Positions 26,438-40,100 of a DNA stretch of 64,000 nt are shown here, piece by piece. Numbering within the stretch: position 1 is the stretch's first letter; every line of letters begins with the position of its first letter. This DNA is from Octopus bimaculoides (lineage: Eukaryota): the NCBI RefSeq assembly GCF_001194135.2, contig NC_068983.1, forward strand, positions 33,081,709 through 33,145,708, in the 5' to 3' direction. Position numbers and translations under genes: made by a program. The notes beneath the pieces were generated by a model that was not told the DNA's origin, ran no database searches, and was given only the letters and a program-made list of their open reading frames with translations.

Positions 26438-27351
26438 ATTGTTAGGTCATGAAATTCTGAATTTAGTCCACACATCCCCACTATTACTGCTATGAAACCT
26501 CAGTACATATGTTAGGAACCAATACTCTATTATCACAGTAATCCTTTCTGCTATAGGTACAAGGCCTGAAATTTTTTAAGGGAGATGATTAATTGATTAC
26601 ATCAATCCCAGTGGTCAATTGGTATTTATTTCATTGACCCTGATCTTGGTAGAACATAGAGACAAACAAAACACTGTTAAGCATTCTGTCCAGTATACTA
26701 ATGAATCTGCCAGCTCACCACCTTACCCGACTATTATAAGAAAAGCATTGGAAAATATGTTTCCCCATAGAAATGCCGTCTCCTCTGATGCTACTATAAT
26801 GACCTCTATCCCTTGGAGTTGTCTGGTCTCATACCGTCTCCTCCTTCTCTGCTCAGACACAACAGCTGTCTTATCTCCACCACACTTCATTCCTGTTGTC
26901 CTCCCCACACTAGCAACAATACAATACTCAGTAGTTCCTCTCCAGAAGGTCAGTGTTCTTGAATCTTCTGTTTTTATGTATTTTCTGCAACAGTTTAAAC
27001 AGAAGTTTTCTCAGGGATGCATCAAAGGGCTATGGAAACGTCCCCTTATTCCAGCTTAGCAAGTTAGAAACAAAATTAACAATGCAAGCTGAAACACCTT
27101 TGATAAAAAGCTTGATTAGAGTTGACTTCGGCGCTATACAAATCATTCAGAGACCACCCAATATTTTGGTGGAACATCATACAAAATGATGCAACAAGTT
27201 CTCTATTGCTTTATCTGGAAGAGGGATGGTTACTTGGCTGATATTGAATTTAATAACATGCAAATCACTGATAGACGAAATGGTAAGTCGAGCAGGACAC
27301 CCAGTTAACACGACCAGCTGAGAGCCTTTCATCAGCACATTAATAAAATAT

Positions 27352-27560
27352 AGGCAGTGAGCTGACAGAATCATAAGCATGCTGGGCAAAATGCTTAGCG
27401 GTATTTCGTCTGTCTTTATATTCTGAGTTCAAGTTCCAGCGAGGTTGACTTTGCCTTTCATCCTTTTGGGGGTTGATAAATTAAGTACCAGTGAAACACT
27501 GAGGTCGATGTAATAGACTAGCCCCCTCCTGCACAATTTCAGGCCTTGCACCTATAGTAG
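27352..27560 (+). mobile_element. tRNA-derived SINE
   Basis: Same family as 13010-13228. Confidence 0.8.
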
Positions 27561-27854
27561 CAATGTTCGTTAATAAAATATTCAATGAAGAAGAAAAATG
27601 GAATGTGAAGACTGGCTGTAAAATTAATAGTCTAAGTATGTCTGTGTGACTGAGAAATTCACTTCCATACCACAATTTTCAAGTTCAGTTTCCCATGTGA
27701 AGAAACTTCTCATGAGCAAGTTTCTTCCACTAGTGCCCCAGATCAACCAAATCCTTGTAAGTGGATTTGCCAGCATTAAACTAATGATGACGAACTAAAT
27801 ATTCATATCACATCACGTTTCTCAAGTATGGCAACAACTGTTCATAATCTTGGC

Positions 27855-28139
27855 AATTTTTATTTTATAAATAAAGTAAAAAAGAACAGAAACAACGTGT
27901 TTAAATTTTGAATTTTATTTTATATAAAATAGTCATTGAATTCTTTGCAATTGGTTTTTTTTTTAATTCCTTTATTTTTATTTATTAACACTTTTTTCTT
28001 CATTAAAAGCACTCTGTAAACAGTTACAAATCAGAGTTTTCATAAGTTTTTATAAGGTACAAAAATACATAATCACAAAAACAGCATAAATAAATTAATT
28101 GAAATATAATTATATTCATTGCAGTTCTCTTAATATTCT
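27855..28139 (-). terminator. Putative 3' UTR with clustered AATAAA polyadenylation signals
   Basis: Minus-strand AATAAA at 27981-27986, 27971-27976, 27914-27919 and 27859-27864, downstream of the stop codon. Confidence 0.55.
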
Positions 28140-28166
28140 TTAATTTGGAGTATAGGGTGGTGCCTG
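28140..28166 (-). CDS. Exon 5 coding part (QAPPYTPN*)
   Basis: Long polypyrimidine tract then tttCAG|CAG; phase 0; TAA at 28142-28140; followed by AT-rich UTR-like sequence. Confidence 0.8.
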   Translation of the reverse strand, partial: QAPPYTPN

Positions 28167-31100
28167 CTGAAATATGATAAAAAAATGAAAGTAGAAAAGA
28201 AATGCAGATAAATACACATGTAATATCTTTGCAATGTAACCTTAATTCCCAAAGTCATAAATATTTGACCCAAAAACTTAACCCCAAATTTTTCTCCATT
28301 AAATTGATCTCGCATACATTTGAATCAGTATGAGGTGACGGTTGTTGCTAGGTTGTTACTCAATGTAAAGCAAATACTATCATGAATGATACCCAGGCTA
28401 CAGTGGAAAAGGCAAGCCACAGGATTTGGTTAAAAGGAGACAATGAGCAAAGCTAGGAGAATATTGAGTCAAGTCTAGTAACCAGTTGATCTAGCATGTG
28501 AGGTCTTACCTCAGTGAGGAATGAGGACAGATAGTGTGCAATAATGCCATTGAGAGAAGGCCCTAAAATGGCACACATTCTCTCTTTATGAACTCATAAG
28601 CCTGTTAACATCCAGCATATAGAGTGTTCAACTAGTGGCCCTTGTATCTGCAAGTTGACTGCAAATGATTTATTGGAGAATATATTTCTATAGAATTTCT
28701 TTTTCTGTTTAACTTTCATCATATACATTGAATACATCTCTGTTAGGTACTTAGCATTAAAGTAAATGACTACGACAGAATTTTTTAAAGTGAGTTAAGT
28801 ATGGTTGTCAGACCCCCACTCATATCATATCCTTTCCTCATTTCAGGATGGGCATTAGCTGCACTAAGATCATCAGTCTAAAATGCTTTCATGACAGTCA
28901 AACACATGCCCCTCCTATAATGTATTAGAAACACACAAGGTGTCAAAAGTTCGCTTCATGGTAACAAGTTAACTCAATCTGACTGCATGGTTTCTTGGTC
29001 AAGTTCTGCTCCAGCCTTGAAGAATACTTTCAACTATCTGGGTCCTTGTGCATTTGTTTTAACTTGTTTAACCCTTTAGCATCCAAACTGGCAATTTCAG
29101 GCCCAAATATTGCACATGTTCTACATTCCAACCGACCAAATTTGGCCTCTCATACCTACCATAAAATGTCTAAGATATACTATCACATCATTGAAATTTA
29201 GAAGCAATGAGATAATGCACAATTAAGTCAACCAATTTCAATAAGCATTATGCTTGACAGAATATTCTGAATGCTAAAGAATTAAAACTTAGTGTTCATG
29301 TCCTGTAAAGGGAATCAACAAACTGATAACTAAGTACCAGACTAAAATAAGTACCTGGAGTTCTTAACTGAACCCTTGATAGTAGTGCCCCAACATGACC
29401 AATGTGGAAAGAAGATATAAACCTTATACCAGAAACAAGTTCTCTTTACATTGATGTACTGCTCAAACACTTGGTTACTGCTCCTCATGGGTTCATCTTA
29501 GCACAGCTATTTTGGGGTATTACTTAAATACAGAGGTCCTATAGGGTTAGGGTTAGTCATTAGGGACCTCTGTATTTAATACTCATTTTACTTATTTAGT
29601 GTTATTGATTCAACACTGACTTATTTGGCATCAGACATTTTTGTTTCTCTTGTTCGTTCCTGCCTCCTCCTCTCTTTGTGAGCATATTTCTCTTAATGTG
29701 TGTGAGGAGAAGGAAAGTCTATGTCAATGATGTTCAATTAATAAATAAAAATGTTTCTCTCAACCTGTCACTCTCTTTATTCATATATTTCTGCATGTTC
29801 TCATGCACTTGCCTCCACTGCCAAAAAAGTACTAGTCACCAAATCAAGTTGAGTGTCCAGTCATCTGCAGTAAATAATCTCATTTCATCCCAATATACAC
29901 ACATTCAAAACAAAACAGTCATCTGACTCGCAGGCAAACAGTCATTCACTCACTTCAACCACATGCCATTCTAAAATCTAAATGTTACTACAATGATATT
30001 TTTCTCCGTATTCAAGCTGCTTATTACCTCCACTGAAGGAGCCTCTAACAAGCACTTGACCTACAAACATGAACTGAACCCCCATATCTTGGGGATTAAA
30101 CTATCTATAAGATGGCCTGTTGCATATCATGGTCATTGAAACAGTGTTTCAATTATATAATATCTGCAATTTTGTCACAAATACATTGCTCTTCCATTAC
30201 AGCAGTAATTTCTAACTGTTACTTGCAAACTTACTCAATGCTCACTAAATGAAGATATTGTTGTCGTCTCGAAAGTTATAAAAATATGTTAATCTTCAGA
30301 AGATTAATCTAGAATTGAATCATCATCGTTTAACCTTCGCTTTCCATGCTAGCATGGGTTGGACGATTTGACTGAGGACTGGCAAGCCAGAAGGCTGCAC
30401 CAGGCTCCAATCTGATCTGGCAGAGTTTCTACAGCTGGATGCCCTTCCTAACGCCCAACCACTCCGAGAGTGTAGTGGGTACTTTTACATGCCACCAGCA
30501 CGAGGGCCAGTCACACGGTCCTGGCAACAGCCTCGCTCAAAAGGTGATTTTTTAAATTCCACCTGCATGGGAGCCAGTCCAGCGGCAATGGAATATAATT
30601 GTTCAGACCCAGTTCTTATCAAACAAGCTCTCTAACTATGTCCATCTTGTCTTTGCAATTTGCTTCTGAGATACAGAGTATCCACAAACAATTTAACCAG
30701 CATTAAATTTTTTTTTTTTAGGGGGTGCTTTAAGGAAGATTTTTGCTACTACATCTCAAAGGCTGAGCAACCAAGTTAAGAGCAGCTACAAATGCCTACA
30801 ACATATGAAAAACAATTTTTTGAAATATAGGCAAGAATCAAAACCACTTTTCCAAATTGATGCAATAACACAGTTTGCTCTAAGTATTCAACCAGTATTT
30901 TGATATCTTCCTCCTAACAAAGTAAAGACTAAAATTGGGTTGGACCATTAATCATAAACTTTCATAATGCTATGTTTTCCGATATATTTCAATGATCTTT
31001 TTCTCACATTATCTTTCACTGTCCAAATACTAATTGTAACATACTCCTTGACCGGGTTTGAATGCAATGTGTTTAATTTAAAAGTGTAGTTTACACACAG

Positions 31101-34100
31101 ATAAAAAAAATAAATGATAAAAATCTTTCAGTTGATAAGATACCAGTGTACTGCAGGTAACATTTTCATTGGGAGAAACTGAACTTAATACCAGAAACCA
31201 CTAATCATATCACTGTTAGAGAGAAATATGTACATACAGTTCCGAGAATATATCAATATTCAACACCTGCTCAAACCAGATGGGAGTTGTCCATTGAAAG
31301 TTGAGATGTTTAACCACACAAACAACAAAATACTGTGTAAGAGACGGACTGTGAACCCATGGTATCCTACCTACCAGCTTAGAGGCTCTCCCTTTGACTT
31401 AAAATGACCTGCTAAAAGCAGAAGCAAAATCTCCCTCTGTTTGTATCCTTTATGTCTTAAGATGAAAGGATATGTAAGATAATGTGATCCAAGAGACCTG
31501 AGAAAAACAGAATGATCACAGGTGGAATTCATTAGGTCACATGTTCACTGTCTGGAAAGATTTAACAGTTACACATCAACAACACCTTAATCACTTTGTC
31601 AGTATGTCTAATCAGAAAATACAGAAATATGTAAATCTTACCATTTTATAAGGAGGAGGAGCAACAGGATTTGTTGTAAGTGGTTGTACAGGGACATTGT
31701 AGCCTTGGTAAGGTCCGACTACATATGCACCAGGTTGATTTGGTGGCGGTCCATAAACCCGGGTAGCACGAATAATTTGATTATTTCTATATTTTCTTTT
31801 GTAGCAGAGATAGGAACAAGAAATTATTCCAAGAAATATTAAGGACCATACAAACCAAAACCCTGAAAATATAAACAAAAAAAAACAATAGATAAATTAC
31901 ATTTATATTTAACATGAAAGAAAACATTGAATAATATTAACCTACATGTATTTTACATATCAAAAGTTTGATCAATCAAAAATGAGCTGGAAATAAACAA
32001 TAAAAATATGAAATACTGAAGTAATATATAGCAGACTAAATGCAGCAGCAATTATTGATGTAATATTATAGTCATTATTATTATTATTAATCAGGTCGCT
32101 GCCGTGAATCGAACTCGGAACCTTGGGGTTAGTAGCCCGCGCTCTTAACCACTACGCCATATGCCCATAGTCATCATTTATCATTAGTTTTTCATGTTGG
32201 TATGGGTTAGACAGTTTAACTGGACCTAGCAAGCAGCAGGGTTGTACCAAGCTCCAGTATAATCAAAATTTGGCATTAATTTAAAGAAATTATTTATAAA
32301 ATATTTCTATTTATTATCAGTGAAACAATTCCACGAGAGAAACAAGGTCCATCAGATTTCAGTGCCTCTTCTTTAAAAGCCTAATAATGAATTAAGTTCA
32401 TTTATAATCTTGAAATACAAGCTGACAGGAAAGTAAGATCTTCGGTCCTGTCAGAGTCACAAAGTAACCCTGGACATTACTGTCTCAAGCTGCAGAATTC
32501 AAATGGCCAGTTACCATGGTATATAAGATCACAACAGGACACCAGTCAGTCACAGAGTTACTCATTTACAACTGCATGGACTGGAGTAATGCGAAATGAA
32601 GTTTTCTGCCCAAGAACTCAATGCAACAAATTAACCACTAGGCCACACTCCTTCACAAAACAAGAGAAAGTTATATAAGTACATCCTTGACTAAGTACAA
32701 GATAAAGAGATTAAATATATCAGTGTGACCCTTTAGAACAAAGTTCCTTATTTCAAAACAATGCTAGCAATTGCAAATCTATATTAGTCTTTTTAGAGAT
32801 AAAGAATTTAAAATCTTTATTTTCTCATGTTCAATTACACTCAAACAATAAACTTCAGGTCACAGCAATCAACCAGTGAAAAGAAAAAGTGTGTGTGTTA
32901 TTTCTTTACTACCCACAAGGGGCTACACACAGAGGGGACAAACAGATTAAGTCAATTATATCGACCCCAGAGCGTAACTGGTACTTATTTAATCGACCCC
33001 GAAAGGATGAAAGGCAAAGTCGACCTCGGCGGAATTTGAACTAAGGCCGTAGCGGCAGACGAAATACCGCTAAGCATTTCGCCCGGTGTGCTAATGTTTC
33101 TGACAGCTCGCCGTGTGTGTGTGTGTGTGTGTGTGTGCGTGTGTGTGTGTTTAGCATGATAGACACATTGAAGACTTGTACATTATCATCATTCAGGGTC
33201 TTGTTACATGCTGGCATGTGTTGGACAGTTCAACATTATCCAACAAGCTAGACTTGAGCTGCAATGTCTCTGGTATGAATTCTATGGCTGGATGCCTTTC
33301 CCAATGTCGACCACTTCACAAGAGTGTATTTGGTGCTTTTATTGTGGTACTGGTACTAGTGAGGTTAGCAAATACCTTGCAGGATGAAACCACTTAACTG
33401 AGTTGGGGTGTAGTACTGAGATTGGTAGCTTTGTATCAGGTGCTGAGAAGGGAAAAAAAACAAGTTTTGCTCTGAAGGAGATACAAGGCTACTCCAGCTG
33501 AAAAAGGATAAGGACTGATACCGTATGCAATCAAGTCGGTACATGAAGAGATTCAAAGCATTTCCTAGTCTCATGAGGAGGTAATGACTTTCTGATAAGC
33601 TAAAGTATGACAAAAGGTCAAGTACAGGTGTCTTGCTATAGAAGAAATAAAGAGTTACCTTGTATTAAATTAGGTTGGGTTGGAAAAGCAGGAAAGAAAA
33701 TAGAGATGATGGTGATGAGAGACCAGAGCAAACTATAAAGGTACAAAAAGGTTTGTATAAAAAGAAAACAGAAAGAAGGGAAGGAATACAGAGGGAAGTA
33801 AAGAGAGGGTGGGTAATTCCATAAGAGTGTGAGAGGAGAGTAACAGATGGTTGGCAGTGAAGTAGAGTAATGAACAAAGATAGAGGTGTAGTTGATAGGA
33901 AATATTGGTACGGAGGGGTTTAGGTGAGAAAGAAGTAGCTCAAGAAGATGGGGATGATGTGCAAAGTGATGTACAATGACACAGATAGCGGTCAGAGGTA
34001 CATAAGTGCAGCAATAGTGAATGATGCAATAATGATAGTGAGGGTGGGGTCATCAATGGTAGTTATGAAAGGGCATAGAGAATGATAGCTGATATGAAGT

Positions 34101-37100
34101 GTTAGTGACAAAATATAGCAGGTTTAAGATGTTGTACAGAAGAGGAGGGATAACTAAAGGCACAAACATCCATCATTATTTTAATCTAATGTCACTTCAA
34201 GTGCATATATTGATATGCCATGCATAAATTTATCCCGAGAATAATATTACCATGTTCCTTTAAATTGAAAAGTAGTGTCCATTTTAGAGTTACCAAATCT
34301 GATTTTTAACTGATATATCTTTGTATTCACAATAGATAATGTGAATTTGGTAAGAGAATATGATAGCATAATTTGACATTTCTGAGAGACTTTTGATATT
34401 TTGAATAATTAATCAACATGCAAATGTTAGTTTTATGTTCAATGCATGTTAGGTAAGCTTTGCTTTTATGGCTTCTTGACTCAGTTACAGTTCAATTTAA
34501 GACACCCAAGTCTATCAATCAACTTTATATACTCTCGTGTAACAGCAGGTGGAAAGATATACAGGGTGCACCAAATATTTTCACATAAAACTTTAGTAGA
34601 TTATAACTGGGAGATGATTTAACAGTATTTACATGAAATGCATCAAATTCTAACTTGCTCGTTTCTCTTTCAGATATACTGGCAGCATCGACATGGCAAA
34701 TTCCAATCTGATACATGATATAAGGGAAACAGTGCCAACAACTACTGTGACTTGGAGATAACTGGCTTCTTGAACATGAATGGTTGTATATTCAGGGTCA
34801 GGAAAGAACAGGGGTCTTTTATAAGGATATTCCATTCAGAGCCAAGATGAGAGAATTTTCTCAGCTGCCAAACACTGTCAGGATGACAATGCTTGCCCAG
34901 TTAGAAGAGGATGTTATCAATGACATTTCCATAAATGAGGGCCATCACCAAGCAATTCAAGATGGCACAGTTCACAATCAGATGAACGGTGCTCATCAGC
35001 CTTGAGAAATACAGGGCTGTTTTTTTCTTGTAAAGCCTGAGACAATATGATCATAAGACACCNNNNNNNNNNNNNNNNNNNNNNNNNACAACAGCATGTA
35101 GCCCTTTAGCTCTTTTAATCTAAACCTTCTAGACTGCTGCATCTGTAGCACCATCTCTAATGTCATAATACCAAATAATTGTTGGGAGCTGCAAGGGGAG
35201 ATGGAATGGGGTAGGGTTCAATTAATCTCGATATGCAATTATTGCAGGGCCACATTGGAGATGTCAATAGGGTTCAGGGTTAGTTTGTTGAATAACCTGT
35301 TTCTGTGATATACTTACTTGAACAGGTTTTTAATTTTTTCCCTGTGCTTATTGAGTTATGGATCATTTCCATAGTCATCCACACAGCAGGAGATTGGAAC
35401 AGCATATGAACTGACATCTTCACCAGTATCCCGGAAACTCAAGTAACTGCAACAACCACACTTTCTGCTTTGCGGGGTTAGAGATGGGGGCAGTACCAAT
35501 GACATTTGCAGGCTCATGAGAAACTGGTGAGACTAATGCGGCCAATACCAACAACTCCAAATCAATATATACGCAGGAATAAATGTGGGTGGAGAAATAA
35601 CTGAGACAGGGATTAGTATGACTAACAGAATGCAATTCATTAAAATGTACCCAAGGACTAACACAGTAGGGTTAAACTAGGTGGCATAAAATATAAAGGG
35701 TAGACTGTAACAGATTGAAATAATGTTTTCAAATCAAAAATAGACTGTTGTATATTCACAAAATTTACTTATTTTTTCCTGTAAATTTAATTATTCTGTT
35801 TCTCAGCTGTAACACATTCTCTGAAGTTGTTAACTTTATTTATTGATAAAATTAAATTTTAAAATGCTAATTTATAATTAGAAGCAGTCAGAGACTAATG
35901 TATGTACTAAAAACGGTCGAAACTAGATACTACAAATTTGAATGTAATCTATCAGCATATATTTTTATAAAGCATGTCAATGTCATGCTGTTCTGAGTCA
36001 CAATACAAACCTACAGTTTCATCAGCCAATAAGATGAAACTAGCATGCTCTCCAAGTACAATTCCATATCTGGTTTAAAATGTGATTATACTTTTACTGA
36101 TAAAAAAAAATCATTATGGATTTTAACCTTTACCTTCCTCAATTCAATAAAAACTCAATATCCACCACTTGTTACACAAAAGAAAATGAGAACAGTGTTA
36201 CAATACTTCATACACTATTTACTAAATCTAATGGTTCTACTGGAATGTGTTGTTAGTGATTCTTATTATCTGGATGTAAAACTCACTGAATGACCTGTCC
36301 AGTTACCTGATAGTACTCAAACACAACAAACCACCAGAGTAAGAGACCCGTTTGTAATAAAGATAAATGAACAGCAATTATATATAATTATAGACAACTA
36401 ACACCCTTTTGTTTGCTTATGTTTCCTTTTCTTTTCTAGGTATAAGTAGCAAAATGTTTTAAGCATAGATTCACACACACACACAGCAAATGAAAAATGT
36501 CATAACTACTAATAAATTGGTTAACTACTGAAAGTTTAATTTTCAAGACAGGGACCATAAATGAACAACAGCTTGAAAATGATGGGAAATGGAGCCAGTG
36601 AAATGGAACATCTTACTTGGAAAGAGAACCATTTTCAGGCAGCTTGCCAGTTCTTTCCTCACTGCGGTGCTGTGTTCATTTTCCTTTTTGTCTTTTGCTT
36701 TTCACAAAGTAATAAAGCAAAAGACAGAAGTAACAAATGGTTCTTGCCAGTTTCACCAGAAACAAGCTACATAAATGCGTAGCAGTCACAAATCATTTAC
36801 TTTAATGAAACACAAAAGGTACAGAGTAAAGGACACAGTACTATATGGTCAGTAGACGAGTTAAAATATTTAAAACTGCTACTTGTAAAATGCCTAGGTG
36901 AAGCAAATGAGAATTCTTATTGCTAGCATAAGAGCTCTTCCATCTCTAGAATGGCAGCCCTGCTGTCCATCCCTAGAATGAATGCTCATCAATGTAAATT
37001 CTCCATGACAGACTGATGTTATATCTTGTGCGAAGGAGAGGGGTGTAAAATATTACAAATACAAAGAAATAATGAAGTTCATCATCATCATATAATGTCC

Positions 37101-40100
37101 ATTTCCATGCTGTCATGGGTTGGATGGTTTGACAGGAGCTGGCAAGCCAGAGGGCTGTACCAGGCTTCTGTTGTCTGTTTTGACATGGTTTCTACAGCTG
37201 GATGCCTTTCCTAATGCCAAATTGTAAATTATCTGCATTACATATTATAGAATTGCTCCTCTATTCTAACCAAAATCAGTGAGAATTATTTCACAGAAGC
37301 ACAAAGATAATACACAGGGATAAGGTGAGGAAGAGATTAAGATACAGAACTATCTACTCATGCATTGGGAATTCAAAATTAGTTATTGATGCTTCTGTAT
37401 GTTTCTTAGCAGAATATTTTATTCTATATTGCTTTAGTTTTTATTGCTGTCGAAAATAGGTCCCAAATCTCACAATGTTACCTTTAATAGATAGGTGTCC
37501 CGTGAAAGGAACAATATGTCTTCAATACTTGACACTGAAATTCGATGGTTTCTGTTGTATTTATCCACGATCAACAGAGCAAGCAGACCTATGATCTTTT
37601 AGGAAAGTGGCTATACACCATTAGGTGTATACCCGCTTCCGTACATTAAATTTCTAGAAGAAACAACGGAATGCAGATTCTGAACTATCAACACAACAAT
37701 ATTTATTTACAGAGGAAATAGGCAGCACTTTGCCCATTTGGTTGCTGAGACGCCGTCAATGATGTTGGTGGTTATTTGTCTAGCTCCAGAGTTGGAATGT
37801 CGGAGAGAGACTGCTTGTACGTCTGAGCTCTCCGCCGGCCGGCGAGAAAAGAGAATGAAAAAGGGCGCGAAGCTTGAATATCGAATGACCACGCATGCGC
37901 ACGAGACTCTTCCTGTATCCCTTCCGGAACTAGTCCCTGCGCATACGTGGATAAGCTTTCCGGAATGTCTGCTATTAAGGCGTCACTACAATCTAAAGGC
38001 ATAAGAGTCATGATCATCCAGGCTAATTTGTATGATATATTTCTATCTCATTATCTACTGTACATTTTTTTAAAAATTAAAGCACCGATTTGTGATAAAT
38101 TTGTTGGCTGCTGTATCTAGCAGATTAACTCGCCATGTTGTTCTTTTGTTGCTGCCGATTCAAATTTTTAGAAGAGAGAAAATAAGATCTTGTTGCATTT
38201 ATGCATTTCCTTACAAATTAGCAATGCAACTGAAGTAAAACCCATTTGATTTGCGAATGAAGCAGTATCACCGAGTGAGCTTATCACAGGCGGAAACAAC
38301 AAAAAACAGATAAAGAAGATTCTGCATGTTTGCTCAACTTACTAGAAATAACAGCCTACACCTGACTACCTTGATCAGTCTATGGCATCTCTGGTGCTCA
38401 ACAACAAGCAAAACATTTCTGCTTTGAGATTCTCAAGTGGGGAGGATTAAAGAAAAGAATGTCTATGGCTTTTCCACAGTATAAAGTCACTCAGACACGT
38501 TTCAGTTTCTAGCCTAAGCACACGGTATCCTCGATGGCTTTTCTACCACAACATAATGGGTTCTGCTTCCCAGAGCCTGGTTGGGGTTTATGCCACCCCA
38601 TCTCGGTCATTCCTGACCCACTTGTCTCTCCTCATCACTTTTGATGTAGCCAACTCCCAAACTAATCACTATGCCAAAATCTATCAACCCTAGTATGACA
38701 GCCTTCTCAAATTCCCTCTCTACCCTGTTTTTTCTGCAGATGTTGACTTACAAAAGATTCAAGTGAAACATTAAATGCATCACTCATTACTCTAGGAGGG
38801 TCTGACGGCCATAAGCACTGGTTCATCCTTCAGCTCTGACAAATGTAATCAAGTAGATCCAATTGAAAATTGTCACTTCATGGCAATGCATCCCTGATCC
38901 AATATAGGTATGTTTCAACAAATTAAACTGGATTACATACTCAAAGAGATTGTAAAAGGTTATTTGAATTAGCAAGAATAGCTTAATATCTACCAAATCC
39001 ACTTTTTAAATGAGGGACAAGTTTAGATAATTAACCCTTTAGCATTTAAACCAGTCATATGTGGCCAAAAGATACTTGTTTAAACTTCAAACCAACCATA
39101 TTTAGCCTCTTACACCTACCCTACAATGTTGTTTTGAAAATAAACAATCACTGAAATCTCAAAGCTACGAGGTAGTACGTGATCAATTCAAAACTATGTG
39201 AATAAACAACCATTACATTTGACAATGTAATCTGAATGCTAAAGGGTTAAGGGGTTGATTTAATCCAACACCAAGCTGAATACTAGTACCTAGTTCTTGA
39301 GTAGTTTGAGCAGAGCCTACTCTGCTGCTAGAATCAAGCTACATCTTTCTGAAGATAACTTCTTCCCACAAGTCTCAGTTGCCCTGTAAAGATTCATAAG
39401 TGCTACTCTTCCTTACATGATTAAGTGAAAATAAGTGTACATATAGATGTATTATGTCTGAAAAAAATGCAATGATCACAGCTGGAATGCTTTTGACCAT
39501 AGGCTTGGTCAATCAAGACTGACCTAGGGTTAAACAACACTATAAAGCTTACTTGGTCATATAATAACAGCTGTAATAGTAAATGTGATCTCTAGATGAG
39601 ATAAAAAAAATAAAAGGAATAGAATTCATATTGCCTCAGTATACCATAAAGAACCAGAAGAAACATTCTTGACATTTCTTCCAATTCACTAAACTCTGCC
39701 AGCTCACCATTTTTAAACTAATCTATAATAATTTCTTTATCTTTAAAATTTATATTGATAGTGTATGAAGTGCGATAGTAGTGAAATGTGGAAAGACATG
39801 AACACTCAATGCAGAGGATTAGGGTTGGAGAGAAAGCATGCTTAGCTGGAGGTGTAATGTTGGTGTGAATGAAAGCTGTGATACGTATGAGCTAAGAGCT
39901 AAACTGAATAGAAGAAGAATAATTTTATGCATGAAAGCATGAAGGCTGCATTGGTAAATGACATGTAATAAAAAATGGAAGATAATGTATGAGTAAAAAT
40001 GTGCCAGGATATCAAAGTGGAAGGAAACTACGGAAGAGGTGGGCCATGACTGACAAGAGCACTAATGATGAAAGTGGATCTCAGAATGATGAACCTCACG

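Noticed and set aside
28510-28562. 53-nt AG/GT-bounded segment in intron 4
   Set aside because: Lies in an old LINE 3' remnant, breaks the frame, and exon 4 joins exon 5 cleanly without it
34674-35640. Possible protocadherin or tetraspanin pseudogene (DGG, DxND-like and CC motifs)
   Set aside because: Motifs are in different frames and strands with wrong spacing; no family assignment is supportable
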